Positions 22,742-34,376 are shown, counted from the first letter of the stretch. The stretch: 64,000 nt of DNA from an uncultured Comamonadaceae bacterium (GCA_964555295.1 CAZKRL010000003.1:9487-73486); one strand, 5' to 3'. The notes: generated by a model not told the origin, from the sequence alone. Numbers and translations are program-made.

Positions 22742-23239
22742 ATGAAACGTATCGGACTGCTCTCCGACACTCACGGATATCTAGACGAGTCTGTATTTAG
22801 ACACTTTGCAAACTGCGATGAAGTTTGGCACGCCGGCGACATTGGTGATGAGTCTATCATTGATTCTCTCAAATCATTCAAATCAACAAGATTTGTATAT
22901 GGTAATATCGACAGCCATAACATTCGATTACGTACACATGAAAATCTCCGCTTTAATAGTGAGGGCATAGAGGTATGGCTGACACATATAGGGGGAAGAC
23001 CTGGCAATTATGCCACCCCAATAAGAAGCGAATTGAAAGCAAACTCCCCGGGGCTTTTTATCTGCGGCCATTCGCACATCTGCCTGATACAGTTTGATCA
23101 TAAACATAATCTTTTATACATGAATCCCGGGGCTGCAGGAAAGCATGGCTTTCATCATGTACGAACATTAATCCGATTCGAAATAGAAACGGCAAAAATT
23201 CAAAACATAGAGGTTATAGAACTTGGAAAAAGAGCCTGA
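22742..23239 (+). CDS. YfcE/MJ0936-type metallophosphoesterase
   Basis: 165 aa with the motifs LSDTHG, GD, GNID, GHSH and NPG. Confidence 0.8.
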   Translation: MKRIGLLSDTHGYLDESVFRHFANCDEVWHAGDIGDESIIDSLKSFKSTRFVYGNIDSHNIRLRTHENLRFNSEGIEVWLTHIGGRPGNYATPIRSELKANSPGLFICGHSHICLIQFDHKHNLLYMNPGAAGKHGFHHVRTLIRFEIETAKIQNIEVIELGKRA

Positions 23240-23279
23240 ATAAGAAAACGTGAAATTCTGCAATCAACAGGCATTATCA

Positions 23280-23642
23280 TCAGCTCTGCGCCAATGGCAA
23301 AAAACACTCCACACTCACCGAATTCACATCACCGCCTGCGGGGGGAGAAATCTTGGTGACTTTCACGCGGGCACTTGCAACATTCACTTCAGCCATGATC
23401 GATGAAGCAATGCGATACGCCACAGTCTCAATCAATTTAGCCCGAATCGCCATCTCTCGGTATATGATGCGCACAACATCCACATAGTCAGCTGTCGCAC
23501 GCAGATCGTCATGTTTTGCTGCCTCGATGAAATCAACCGCCATCTCAACGTCGACGATATAATCACCACCAATGATTTCCTCTTCGCGCCAGCAACCATG
23601 CTGAGCACGAACCTTCACACCGTTTACATGAACCTTCTGCAT
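23280..23642 (-). CDS. folB: Dihydroneopterin aldolase
   Basis: I chose the ATG at 23642 (MQKVHVNGVKVRAQHGCWREEE...), which shares one nucleotide with the glnS stop. The sequence shows the FolB tunnelling-fold pattern, including DYVDV. Confidence 0.8.
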   Translation of the reverse strand: MQKVHVNGVKVRAQHGCWREEEIIGGDYIVDVEMAVDFIEAAKHDDLRATADYVDVVRIIYREMAIRAKLIETVAYRIASSIMAEVNVASARVKVTKISPPAGGDVNSVSVECFLPLAQS

Positions 23643-25312
23643 CAGAGTTTTGCGGCTTCTTTCGACCACGAGTCTTTCAACGTAACGGTACGATTGAACA
23701 CCAATGCACCGGAGCTTGAATGTTTGTCGGGAGTAAAATACCCCATACGTATGAATTGGTAATGTTCTCCGGGCTGAGCAGCTTGAAGCGACGGTTCAGC
23801 CCAGGCCTGCGGAATCACCTGTAAACTGTTCTCGTTGATGTAGTCTTTGAAATCTCCATCTTCTGCTGAAGGGTTGTCTACTTTGAACAGGCGATCATAA
23901 AGTTTGACCTCAACAGCTTTCGCATGAGTACAACTCACAAAGTGAATGGTACCCTTCACATGAATGCCGCTGGTATCATTACCGCTTCGACTTTCCGGGA
24001 TATACGTGCATCGGATCAGAGTGATTTCACCCAGATCATTCTTTTCAAAACTTTCGCACTTGATGATATACGCGTGCTTCAAGCGTACCATCAAACCTGG
24101 CGCGAGTCTGAAATATTTCTTGGGCGCTACTTCCATGAAGTCGTCACGCTCAATCCACAACTCACGCGTGAACGGAATCTCTCGCGAGCCGCCGCCACCT
24201 TCAACTTCCGGATTGTTCTCTCCATGCAGCATCTCCACGCGCCCTTCTTCCAAGTTTTCAATGATTACTTTCACAGGGTTCATCACCACCATTCTGCGCA
24301 TCGCAATTTTGTTGAGGTCCTCGCGAACACAATGTTCAAGTAAGCCCACATCAATCACGTTCTCTCTGCGCGCTACACCCACAAGCTCACAGAAATTGCG
24401 GATGCTGGCCGGCGTATATCCACGTCGACGAAACCCACTGATAGTAGGCATTCTGGGATCGTCCCAACCATCTACGTGTCGCTCATTTACGAGCTGCAGC
24501 AATTTGCGTTTGCTCATCACCGTGTAGCTCAAATTGCGCCGTGCGAATTCATATTGGCGACTCGGAAAAATACCGAGCTTCTCAATGAACCAATTGTAGA
24601 GCGGACGGTGTACTTCAAACTCAAGTGTGCAGATAGAATGCGTGATTTGCTCAATGGAGTCTGATTGGCCATGAGCAAAATCATACATAGGATAGATACA
24701 CCACTTATCTCCTGTGCGATGATGATGAGCGTATTTGATGCGATACATCAACGGATCACGCAGATGCATATTCGGTGAGGCCATATCGATTTTCGCCCGC
24801 AAAGTTTTCTCACCCTCTTTGAATTCCCCTGCACGCATCCGACGGAATAGGTCAAGATTTTCTTCTGAACTGCGATCCCGAAATGGAGAGTTTCTTCCCG
24901 GCTCAGTAGGAGTTCCCTTCATTGCTGCAATTTCTTCAGCAGGGCTGTCATCAACATACGCATATCCCAACGATATCATTTGCTCTGCGAAACTGTATAA
25001 CGTCTCGAAATAATCGCTGGCATAAAATTCTCCCGACCACTCAAAGCCCAGCCAACGGATATCGGTTTTGATACTCTCCACATACTCCGTGTCTTCTGTC
25101 ATTGGGTTGGTGTCATCAAAACGCAAATTGGTTTGACCGCCAAACTTCTTTGCCAGTCCGAAATTCAGACATATGGAAGTGGCATGACCCATGTGCAGAT
25201 AACCATTGGGCTCCGGCGGAAAGCGCGTAAGAACACGACCGTTATGCACGTTGTTGCGAAGATCTTCGGCAACAATATCTTCCAGAAAGTTGGATGACTT
25301 TTCTATTTCCAT
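23642..25312 (-). CDS. glnS: Glutaminyl-tRNA synthetase
   Basis: 556 aa with the HIGH motif (PEPNGYLHMGH) and the KMSKS variant VMSKR. Confidence 0.95.
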   Translation of the reverse strand: MEIEKSSNFLEDIVAEDLRNNVHNGRVLTRFPPEPNGYLHMGHATSICLNFGLAKKFGGQTNLRFDDTNPMTEDTEYVESIKTDIRWLGFEWSGEFYASDYFETLYSFAEQMISLGYAYVDDSPAEEIAAMKGTPTEPGRNSPFRDRSSEENLDLFRRMRAGEFKEGEKTLRAKIDMASPNMHLRDPLMYRIKYAHHHRTGDKWCIYPMYDFAHGQSDSIEQITHSICTLEFEVHRPLYNWFIEKLGIFPSRQYEFARRNLSYTVMSKRKLLQLVNERHVDGWDDPRMPTISGFRRRGYTPASIRNFCELVGVARRENVIDVGLLEHCVREDLNKIAMRRMVVMNPVKVIIENLEEGRVEMLHGENNPEVEGGGGSREIPFTRELWIERDDFMEVAPKKYFRLAPGLMVRLKHAYIIKCESFEKNDLGEITLIRCTYIPESRSGNDTSGIHVKGTIHFVSCTHAKAVEVKLYDRLFKVDNPSAEDGDFKDYINENSLQVIPQAWAEPSLQAAQPGEHYQFIRMGYFTPDKHSSSGALVFNRTVTLKDSWSKEAAKL

Positions 25313-25314
25313 AA

Positions 25315-26850
25315 TTATGTAAGTTGAAGTTGATGAAGCGCCGCGACGATACGCGCAGCGGTTTCTTTTCCGCCCAATAGTTGCATCATACCCATGAGAT
25401 CAACGCCGCCGGAGACGCCGGAGACGAGGATGCGCAAAGGCTGCATCACTTCACCGGTTTTGAATGAGCCGGCCGCGATAAACTGTTTCACCGCCTCTGC
25501 AACATCACCTTCAATAGATGTGATATGAGCCGCTAGCGCATGGAAATACGCCGACATTCCCTCCTTCCATTTTTTATTGAGGGTATCCGTATCAAACTGT
25601 GATGGCGGAAAAAACAAGTACGCACCGGTGGCGAGCAATTCGTTGCAGAAATGAATTCGCGGACGAAGCAATTCAGCTGCGGCTGACAAGTACGCGTCAT
25701 TCACCTGGATGTTGGATGTCTCCCATCCATGTTCAATCAATTGCTGGTGCAAATGTTGACTCAAGATATTCGTGGGTAATTGGTGAACGTATTGCGTATT
25801 GAACCAAACGGCCTTCTCAGGGTCAAATCGCGCTCCCGCTTTTTGAATATTCTCAAAGGAGAAGAGCGTGATGAGTTCTTGCATTGAAAAAATTTCTTGC
25901 TCTGTGCCCGGGTTCCAGCCCAGCAATGCGAGCAGATTGATGAACGCTTCGGGCTCATACCCTTTCTCACGATATCCTGATGAAAGCTCACCTGAGGCGG
26001 GGTCTTTCCAATTGAGAGGAAACACAGGGAACCCGAGTCTGTCGCCATCGCGTTTGCTGAGCTTTCCATGACCATCAGGCTTGAGCAATAGCGGCAGATG
26101 GGCGTAATGCGGCATCTTTTCCTCCCAGCCCAAATAACGATATATGAGAATGTGCGCAGGCGCGCTGGGCAACCACTCCTCTCCGCGCACGGCATGAGAA
26201 ATTTCCATCAGATAATCATCAACAATGTGGGCGAGATGATAGGTGGGCATGCCGTCGCTCTTGAGCAATACTTTATCGTCTACGATATTGGATTGAAATG
26301 AAACCTCACCGCGAATCAGGTCGGTAAAGGTGATGGTTTCACCGGGAGTAACTTTAAGACGAAACACATGCGGAGTATTAGACGCAATGAGACTCGCCAC
26401 TTCTTCAGCCGACAAACTCAAGGAGTTGCGCATAGACATTCGTACTGACGCATCGTATGAAAAAGTTTGTCCGCTCGCCTCTGCGCTCTTGCGACGTCCT
26501 TCAATTTCCTCCGTGGTATCAAATGCGATATAAGCATGACCGCTTTGTAGCAATTGCTGGGCGTATTGGGAATAGAGGGGCTTACGTTCGCTCTGACGAT
26601 ACGGTGCGTGCGGGCCATCACCGAATCCCACTCCTTCATTAGGAGAAATGCCGCACCAACGAAGGGCTTCGATGATATACTCCTCAGCGCCTGGCACGAA
26701 TCTATTTAGATCAGTGTCTTCTATTCGCAAAATGAAATCACCATCATTTTTTTTGGCGAAGAGATAGCTGAAAAGCGCGGTGCGCACGCCACCCATGTGA
26801 AGGGGGCCGGTAGGACTTGGTGCGAAGCGCAGACGAATTCGTTGAGACAT
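25315..26850 (-). CDS. gltX: Glutamyl-tRNA synthetase
   Basis: 511 aa with PSPTGPLHMGG (HIGH) and KLSKR (KMSKS). Confidence 0.95.
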   Translation of the reverse strand: MSQRIRLRFAPSPTGPLHMGGVRTALFSYLFAKKNDGDFILRIEDTDLNRFVPGAEEYIIEALRWCGISPNEGVGFGDGPHAPYRQSERKPLYSQYAQQLLQSGHAYIAFDTTEEIEGRRKSAEASGQTFSYDASVRMSMRNSLSLSAEEVASLIASNTPHVFRLKVTPGETITFTDLIRGEVSFQSNIVDDKVLLKSDGMPTYHLAHIVDDYLMEISHAVRGEEWLPSAPAHILIYRYLGWEEKMPHYAHLPLLLKPDGHGKLSKRDGDRLGFPVFPLNWKDPASGELSSGYREKGYEPEAFINLLALLGWNPGTEQEIFSMQELITLFSFENIQKAGARFDPEKAVWFNTQYVHQLPTNILSQHLHQQLIEHGWETSNIQVNDAYLSAAAELLRPRIHFCNELLATGAYLFFPPSQFDTDTLNKKWKEGMSAYFHALAAHITSIEGDVAEAVKQFIAAGSFKTGEVMQPLRILVSGVSGGVDLMGMMQLLGGKETAARIVAALHQLQLT

Positions 26851-26927
26851 AATTTAGATTAGCGGTCAGCAAATTTAGCCATCCAACTAACCGCTTAGGT
26901 CAGATAGTTTTCACTCAACGTTGATCG

Positions 26928-26955
26928 AAAAAAGAACCAACGAATTCGTTGGTTC
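26928..26955 (-). terminator. Rho-independent terminator of katG
   Basis: A perfect 22-nt palindrome, GAACCAACGAATTCGTTGGTTC (26934-26955), is followed on the minus strand by T6. Confidence 0.65.
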
Positions 26956-27050
26956 CATTAAAAATTCGATCGTTTGAATAAGTCCTACCAACGCCAGGCA
27001 GATTCGGGAATCCTTTACACTTAAGATTCAACTCTAAACTATTGTAAAGC

Positions 27051-29249
<2,199 letters not shown>

Positions 29250-29344
29250 TTATTTTTTTGATAACACAAAAGTTCATTCGAGGTTCAAGCGCAGCAATTT
29301 GCTAAATACCCACTTCCAAATTCCTTCCTTTCAAAGACAGCACC

Positions 29345-30742
29345 TTATTCGTAATACCCCAAAATCTCCAGTATCTCCTTGGGTTTCTGTTCAGGTGCCC
29401 AAAGCTTGTAACGCAATTTCCCCCGAGCGTCTCTGCTGATGAGAACATGCTTGGGCTGAGGCATCAAACAATGATGAATACCACCATAACCCCCTAAGGA
29501 TTCTTGATAAGCTCCCGTATTGAAAAAACCAATGTATTGATCTTGATCGGGATAATACTTCGGCAAATAAATCGCGTTGGTATGTTGCTCAGAGTTGTAG
29601 TAGTCGTCACTATCACACGTTAACCCACCCAGAAAAACTCTCTCATAGGTTTCACTCCAGTTATTGATGGGCAACATCATGAATCGTTTGTTGATGGCCC
29701 AGCTATCGGGCAAGGTGGTCATGAATGACGAGTCGATCATATTCCACTTTTCTCTATCATTTTGTTCCTTCTGATAAAGAATTTTATAAATAGCGCCACC
29801 ACTTTCGCCTACGGTAAATGAACCAAACTCGGTGTAGATATGTGGCACCGGCACGCCCCAGTCATCACATGCCATTTTGATCTGACGTAAAATTTCAGTG
29901 ACCATATATTGGTAATCAAACTGAAACGCCAGTGAATTTTTGATAGGAAATCCGCCACCAATGTTGAGACTATCGAGTGTCGGACAAATTTCTCTCAACT
30001 CACAATAGACCTTCAAACATTTGCTCAACTCGTTCCAGTAATACGCGGTGTCTTTGATTCCTGAGTTAATGAAGAAGTGCAGCATTTTCAGATTGAGCAA
30101 TGGATGCTCGTGGATAGACTTCTTATAGAATTTCACAATCTCGCGGTAACCAATACCGAGACGTGATGTGTAAAATTCAAATTTGGGTTCTTCCTCGCTT
30201 GCGATACGTATCCCCAGATCCATGGGCTCCGTGGCCAATTGTTCGATGGCCTCGTACTCGAATTTATTATCTATTACGGCGATGATATCCTTATAACCAT
30301 CGGCGTGCAAATCCATGATTTTCGCAACGTATTCTTCCTTCTTGAATCCGTTACAGATGATTCTTTGGGTCTTTTCGATTTCGCCGAGAGTACCCAGTCG
30401 GCGAATCAAATCAATATCTACCGCTGAGGATGTTTCCAGGTGAATCTGATTGCGCAACGCCTCCTCCAAAACGTATCTGAAGTGAGAGCTTTTGGTACAA
30501 TAGCAGTAATGATATTCGCCCTCATAACCGATTTCATTGCGAGCAATGCGAAACCACTCCTTTGCGCGCTGAATATTCTTACCGATTTTAGGCAAATAGG
30601 TAAACTTTAGCGGACTTCCGAATTTCTTCACCAAATCCATCAACGGAATGTCATGGAAAAACAACTCATCCTTTTCCAAGCGAAACTCCTCCTGCGGCCA
30701 GTCGAAAGTTTGTTCGACAAGATCTATGTACTTCGTTTTCAT
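29345..30742 (-). CDS. speA: PLP-dependent (fold type III) arginine decarboxylase-like enzyme
   Basis: 465 aa, Orn/Lys/Arg decarboxylase family 2-like, with GGGFP and a C-terminal beta-domain. It resembles the short Bacteroidota arginine decarboxylase. Substrate is not proven. Confidence 0.7.
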   Translation of the reverse strand: MKTKYIDLVEQTFDWPQEEFRLEKDELFFHDIPLMDLVKKFGSPLKFTYLPKIGKNIQRAKEWFRIARNEIGYEGEYHYCYCTKSSHFRYVLEEALRNQIHLETSSAVDIDLIRRLGTLGEIEKTQRIICNGFKKEEYVAKIMDLHADGYKDIIAVIDNKFEYEAIEQLATEPMDLGIRIASEEEPKFEFYTSRLGIGYREIVKFYKKSIHEHPLLNLKMLHFFINSGIKDTAYYWNELSKCLKVYCELREICPTLDSLNIGGGFPIKNSLAFQFDYQYMVTEILRQIKMACDDWGVPVPHIYTEFGSFTVGESGGAIYKILYQKEQNDREKWNMIDSSFMTTLPDSWAINKRFMMLPINNWSETYERVFLGGLTCDSDDYYNSEQHTNAIYLPKYYPDQDQYIGFFNTGAYQESLGGYGGIHHCLMPQPKHVLISRDARGKLRYKLWAPEQKPKEILEILGYYE

Positions 30743-30852
30743 TTTTGCTGAGTGCGCGCGAAGGTAATCAATGTAAAGGCTTTACAGCATCGATATATAA
30801 GTTAAGCCAACCACCGCTAAAGCGGAATGTAAACAAATGGTTCGGCGCATAT

Positions 30853-31896
30853 TTACAGCCATTTCTTTCTCCGAAAAATCAGCAGCATAATCAGAACAAG
30901 CGCGAGCATAGATGCCAATACGATGGGATATGCCATGTGATATTTCAGCTCGGGCATGTATTCGAAATTCATCCCATAAACGCCAACCACAAATGTGAGG
31001 GGTGCGAAAATGGTAGTAATAATGGTAAGCACCTTCATCACCTGATTCATCTTCATACTCTGATGGCTGTGATATAGCTCCAACAAATTGGCCACCATTT
31101 CTCGGTACATGCTCAAGTTCTCAGACTCGTGAATAATATGGTCGTAGAGATCTCGATAGTATTTCGACATATCGTGATCCATCTCGCGCGAAATTGCATT
31201 CACCGCTTCCTTCAATGGATCGACGCTGCGCTTAAAGTCGATAAGCTCTTTCCTAATACCCAGAATACTTTTGAGAATATGCTCGTTGGGTTTACGCATT
31301 ACCATGGTCTCAAGCTGCTGAATGCGATCAGCGAGCTTATCACTCACTACGATATAATTATCAATCACGTGATCCATGATTAGATACGCCAGGTAGTAAC
31401 CATTTTTGCTTCTCACCCTGCCCTTGGATGTTTGGATTCTGTCGCGGATTTCATCAAAGTAATCCCCCGGCCTTTCCTGAAACATCACCACTGAATCTTC
31501 ACGGATAACCAAGGATAATTGCTCCAACTCCAGAGGCCTGCCATATCCTCGCCACTCCATCATTTTCAGCGAAACAAAAAAAAAGTCGCCAAAAAACTCC
31601 ACCTTAGGTCGGGCGGCACTATTCATGATATCCTCCAAAATGAGTATATGAATATTGAGGCTTTGTCCGACATGCTCAATCACACCAGCGTCGTGAATGC
31701 CATCCACATTGATCCAGCTTACCTTATCCTTTTGGCAGAGCAATTTCAAATCCTGAGGCGAACAATTCGCATGAGTAGTGCAGTCATCCTGATGGTATGA
31801 AATGACGTCGATGTGAACCTCATCCTGTCGATCAGGCCCAATGTGTACAAGTGCACCCGGGCCCTTGCCTGCTTTTCCCGAACGGTCTGCGTTCAT
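30853..31896 (-). CDS. corA: Mg2+/Co2+ transporter CorA
   Basis: 347 aa with the YGMNF signature between two C-terminal TM helices. Confidence 0.9.
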   Translation of the reverse strand: MNADRSGKAGKGPGALVHIGPDRQDEVHIDVISYHQDDCTTHANCSPQDLKLLCQKDKVSWINVDGIHDAGVIEHVGQSLNIHILILEDIMNSAARPKVEFFGDFFFVSLKMMEWRGYGRPLELEQLSLVIREDSVVMFQERPGDYFDEIRDRIQTSKGRVRSKNGYYLAYLIMDHVIDNYIVVSDKLADRIQQLETMVMRKPNEHILKSILGIRKELIDFKRSVDPLKEAVNAISREMDHDMSKYYRDLYDHIIHESENLSMYREMVANLLELYHSHQSMKMNQVMKVLTIITTIFAPLTFVVGVYGMNFEYMPELKYHMAYPIVLASMLALVLIMLLIFRRKKWL

Positions 31897-32012
31897 AGGT
31901 GGATAGATATTAAAGTATTATTCAAAATTGACAACGGGAAAACGAAACTTCATTTCAACTTGCTCATGCAAAATAAGAGCTAAATAATTCTGCTTTGCCC
32001 TATGGTCAAAAA

Positions 32013-32345
32013 TCAACGAATCAACGGCGATGAACGTGAGGTCAGCGCCATTTGCCAGGGGAGAATATTGACATCATGAATATGCAATGTTTCGTTTCCG
32101 GTATAAACGACTTCAAGACTGGCTTCAGATCGCAGTGCTTTCCAATAAGTGAGATGTTTCCAATAGTCAGAAGTAGCGGTGCTTCCCACTCTGATTTCGA
32201 TGGCTTTTACATGCCCGTCGAGCTCCTCAAGGAGGTCAATTTCACGACTGTTTTTTTCTCGCCAGAAATAAAACTGAGTAAAGCCACCCGTATGAAGGTT
32301 GTGTTTCCATTTATCTGATACAATCATGTTTTCAAAGAGGGCCAC
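32013..32345 (-). pseudogene. C-terminal remnant of a DUF4143-type AAA ATPase
   Basis: The ...ALFENMIVSDKWKH...FYFWREKNSREIDLL...AIEIRVGS... pattern matches the DUF4143 C-terminus. The sequence just upstream (to about 32450) continues the similarity only through a stop codon and a frame change. Confidence 0.6.
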
Positions 32346-32506
32346 TTTATTGCGGAGAGTTCAGAATTTTACTTTTTATGCTGCTGCTGATGTGGGAGTC
32401 TCATATGTGCTGCAGATACTTTTTCGGGTATTTACCAATGTCAAATTGAAGAAGGAGAATGCCTTCTAGAGTTTCTTCCCCGGCTGCGCTGCACTAAGCC
32501 GGCGCG

Positions 32507-32590
32507 ATGGAGAGTAGTGAAATAGTGAAAAGGTGAAGTGGTGAAATAGAAACTGCAGTGAATCACTCTCTCACCATTTCACCACGTCAC
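32507..32590. repeat. GTGAA-rich imperfect-palindrome repeat, copy A
   Basis: It is about 84% identical by eye over 76 nt to copy B. GTGAA words fall at 8-nt spacing (32517, 32525, 32533, 32541), and the complement TTCAC/GTCAC words lie on the right arm. It ends on the fic stop codon (32587-32589). Confidence 0.75.
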
Positions 32591-33645
32591 TTTTTTCCAA
32601 ACGACAAAGTGTACCAAGCTGTTCTTCCAGCCCCGCGTTGTTGGATAAATCCACGCTCCGATAAATTCCGAAAGTGTTGCTTCAACGTATTGCGATTAAT
32701 GCCGGTTAAAGTTGCGTATTCACCAATAGAAATGCGGCCATGGTGCTTGAGATGCTCGAGAATGCCCAACGAAATCGCCGGTAACAAAAGCGCAAGCGAT
32801 TGCTCTTGCTCAACCTTTTTTCGTAGCAAGTCCTTTTGTGCTTTCAAACTTCTTAGAAAATACACAAGCCATGGCTGCCAGTCGGGCGATTCTGTTCGGA
32901 TTGTTTCCTGGGTTTTACGAAGTGACAGATAATAACTTTCCTTGGATTGTTCAATGACGCTCTCCAACGAACTGTAGGGAACATAGTCATATCCGGCTTG
33001 CAATAAAATGAGTGTGCTCAATGCACGACTAAGCCGCCCGTTGCCATCTTGAAACGGATGGATTTCGAGAAACACCACTGTAAAAATTGCTGTGACAATA
33101 AGTGGATGTATATATTTCCTTGTGGTTTCTTCTTGTATCCATTGCACAAGATCATGCATGAGAAACGGGGTGTCGAACGGGGAGGCGGTTTGAAAAACAA
33201 TACCCAGCTGATTCCCATTTTCATCGAATGCCGCAACTGAGTTGGAGGTTGTTTTATAATTGCCACGATGCCATGCATCCTTTTCGCTATAGATCAATAA
33301 ATCCCTGTGGAGCTGTCGAATGTAACTTTCACTCAGGGGAATGTCGGGCCATTCATTGAAAATGGTCTCCATAACCTTGGAATACCCCGCTACCTCTTGC
33401 TCGTCGCGTGTGGAAAACGTTTGGATTTCGATGCGGCCGAGTAGGCGCTCAACTTCTTTATCTGATAATTTGCTTCCTTCGATACGTGTGGATGAACCGA
33501 TGCTTTCAATTGTCGCTATTTTCCGGAGCGCACGCAGACGCTCTGGCTCGAGCGTTCCCAGCGCGCGCCAGGCACCCTTGAACTCATCGATTTCACTGAT
33601 GAGGCGCAGAATGTCAGAAGTAATGACAAGGCTATCCGTCTTCAT
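32587..33645 (-). CDS. fic: Fic-family protein (class II, N-terminal inhibitory helix, C-terminal wHTH)
   Basis: The Fic motif HPFQDGNGRLSR is at 33025-33060. The inhibitory motif STRIEG ([ST]xxxE[GN]) is at 33475-33492. I chose the ATG at 33645; the track ORF starts at a TTG at 33669. Confidence 0.9.
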   Translation of the reverse strand: MKTDSLVITSDILRLISEIDEFKGAWRALGTLEPERLRALRKIATIESIGSSTRIEGSKLSDKEVERLLGRIEIQTFSTRDEQEVAGYSKVMETIFNEWPDIPLSESYIRQLHRDLLIYSEKDAWHRGNYKTTSNSVAAFDENGNQLGIVFQTASPFDTPFLMHDLVQWIQEETTRKYIHPLIVTAIFTVVFLEIHPFQDGNGRLSRALSTLILLQAGYDYVPYSSLESVIEQSKESYYLSLRKTQETIRTESPDWQPWLVYFLRSLKAQKDLLRKKVEQEQSLALLLPAISLGILEHLKHHGRISIGEYATLTGINRNTLKQHFRNLSERGFIQQRGAGRTAWYTLSFGKK

Positions 33646-33706
33646 AACGACACCCAAATATACACCCAATTACACCCGATTAGGATTGTAGTGAATAGGA
33701 TTGTAG
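33646..33706 (-). promoter_or_regulatory. fic upstream region with direct repeats and a TAnnTTTG box
   Basis: On the minus strand, GGGTGT occurs three times and CTACAATCCTA twice. TATATTTG (33655-33662) lies 10-17 nt before the ATG. Confidence 0.4.
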
Positions 33707-33781
33707 GATTTAGGGAATGGCGAAGTCGCTCCTTTTGTCAACTGAGCGGGTGCCCGGCCCATGTCATTATTTTGCCAAGCC

Positions 33782-33872
33782 ATGGAGAGTTGTGAATTAG
33801 TGAAATGGTGAATTACTGAAACGGAAGCTGTAGTGAAGACTCTCTCACCATTTCACGATTTCACCACTTCAC
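33782..33872. repeat. GTGAA-rich imperfect-palindrome repeat, copy B
   Basis: This is the homologue of copy A and carries one extra 8-nt GATTTCAC unit. A 12-bp perfect stem, GTGAAATGGTGA/TCACCATTTCAC (33800-33811 / 33845-33856), is extendable to about 20 bp. The repeat contains the stop codon (33869-33871) of the truncated ATPase fragment. Confidence 0.75.
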
Positions 33873-34267
33873 CCTACACTCAGCCGCAACGTCGCACCCA
33901 GCATAGCAATTCGTTCCGCCAGGCTCTGACCGATGGATTGTTGCAAGAGAAAATTGTTTGAACCTGTCAATATAAATAGGCCTGTATCATTAGAATTGTC
34001 GAGAATTTCTTGCAGGTAGGAAAACAATTCAGGGGCTTGTTGAATTTCATCGAGAATGGCGCCCTTGGGAAACTGCGCTAGAAATCCGCGCGGATCTGTT
34101 TGTGCCATGAGCCGAGTGTCAGGGTTCTCCAAGCTGGCATATTGCTTGCCCGGAAACACTTGTTTTGCCAGGGTAGTTTTGCCGGATTGGCGCGGTCCTG
34201 TAATGGCGACACTTTTGAATTGAGCAGCTAGCTTTTTAAGTCGCTCAGTAGTCTGTCTCTCAATCAT
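33869..34267 (-). pseudogene. N-terminal fragment of a DUF4143-type AAA ATPase (AAA_14-like)
   Basis: 132 codons with Walker A (ITGPRQSGKTTLAKQ) and Walker B-like (AILDEIQ). It is truncated where family members normally continue, with the stop lying inside repeat B. Confidence 0.65.
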
Positions 34268-34282
34268 TTAGCGAAAATATGA

Positions 34283-34311
34283 ACTTTTCAGGAATCTGAT
34301 TCCCGAAAAGT
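34283..34311 (-). terminator. Hairpin downstream of hemD
   Basis: A 13-bp inverted repeat, ACTTTTCAGGAAT/ATTCCCGAAAAGT (one mismatch, 3-nt loop), is followed on the minus strand by a T-rich stretch. Confidence 0.45.
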
Positions 34312-34376
34312 TTGATATTCGGCTAAAGGGCGGTAATAAAATGAATAGAACTGCAAAGGAGCGGGCAAGTTGATAA

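Larger units (their letters stand above)
32507..33872 (-). mobile_element. Cassette-like insertion: repeat B, promoter-like region, fic, repeat A
   Basis: The ~1.37 kb segment sits between the N- and C-terminal fragments of one ATPase gene family member and is bounded by same-orientation repeats. No recombinase or transposase is present. Confidence 0.4.

Noticed and set aside
32507-33872. Calling the fic region an integron cassette array with attC sites
   Set aside because: There is no integrase or attI in the window, there are only two repeat copies, and I could not find convincing RYYYAAC/GTTRRRY core sites. It is kept only as one hypothesis in the findings.
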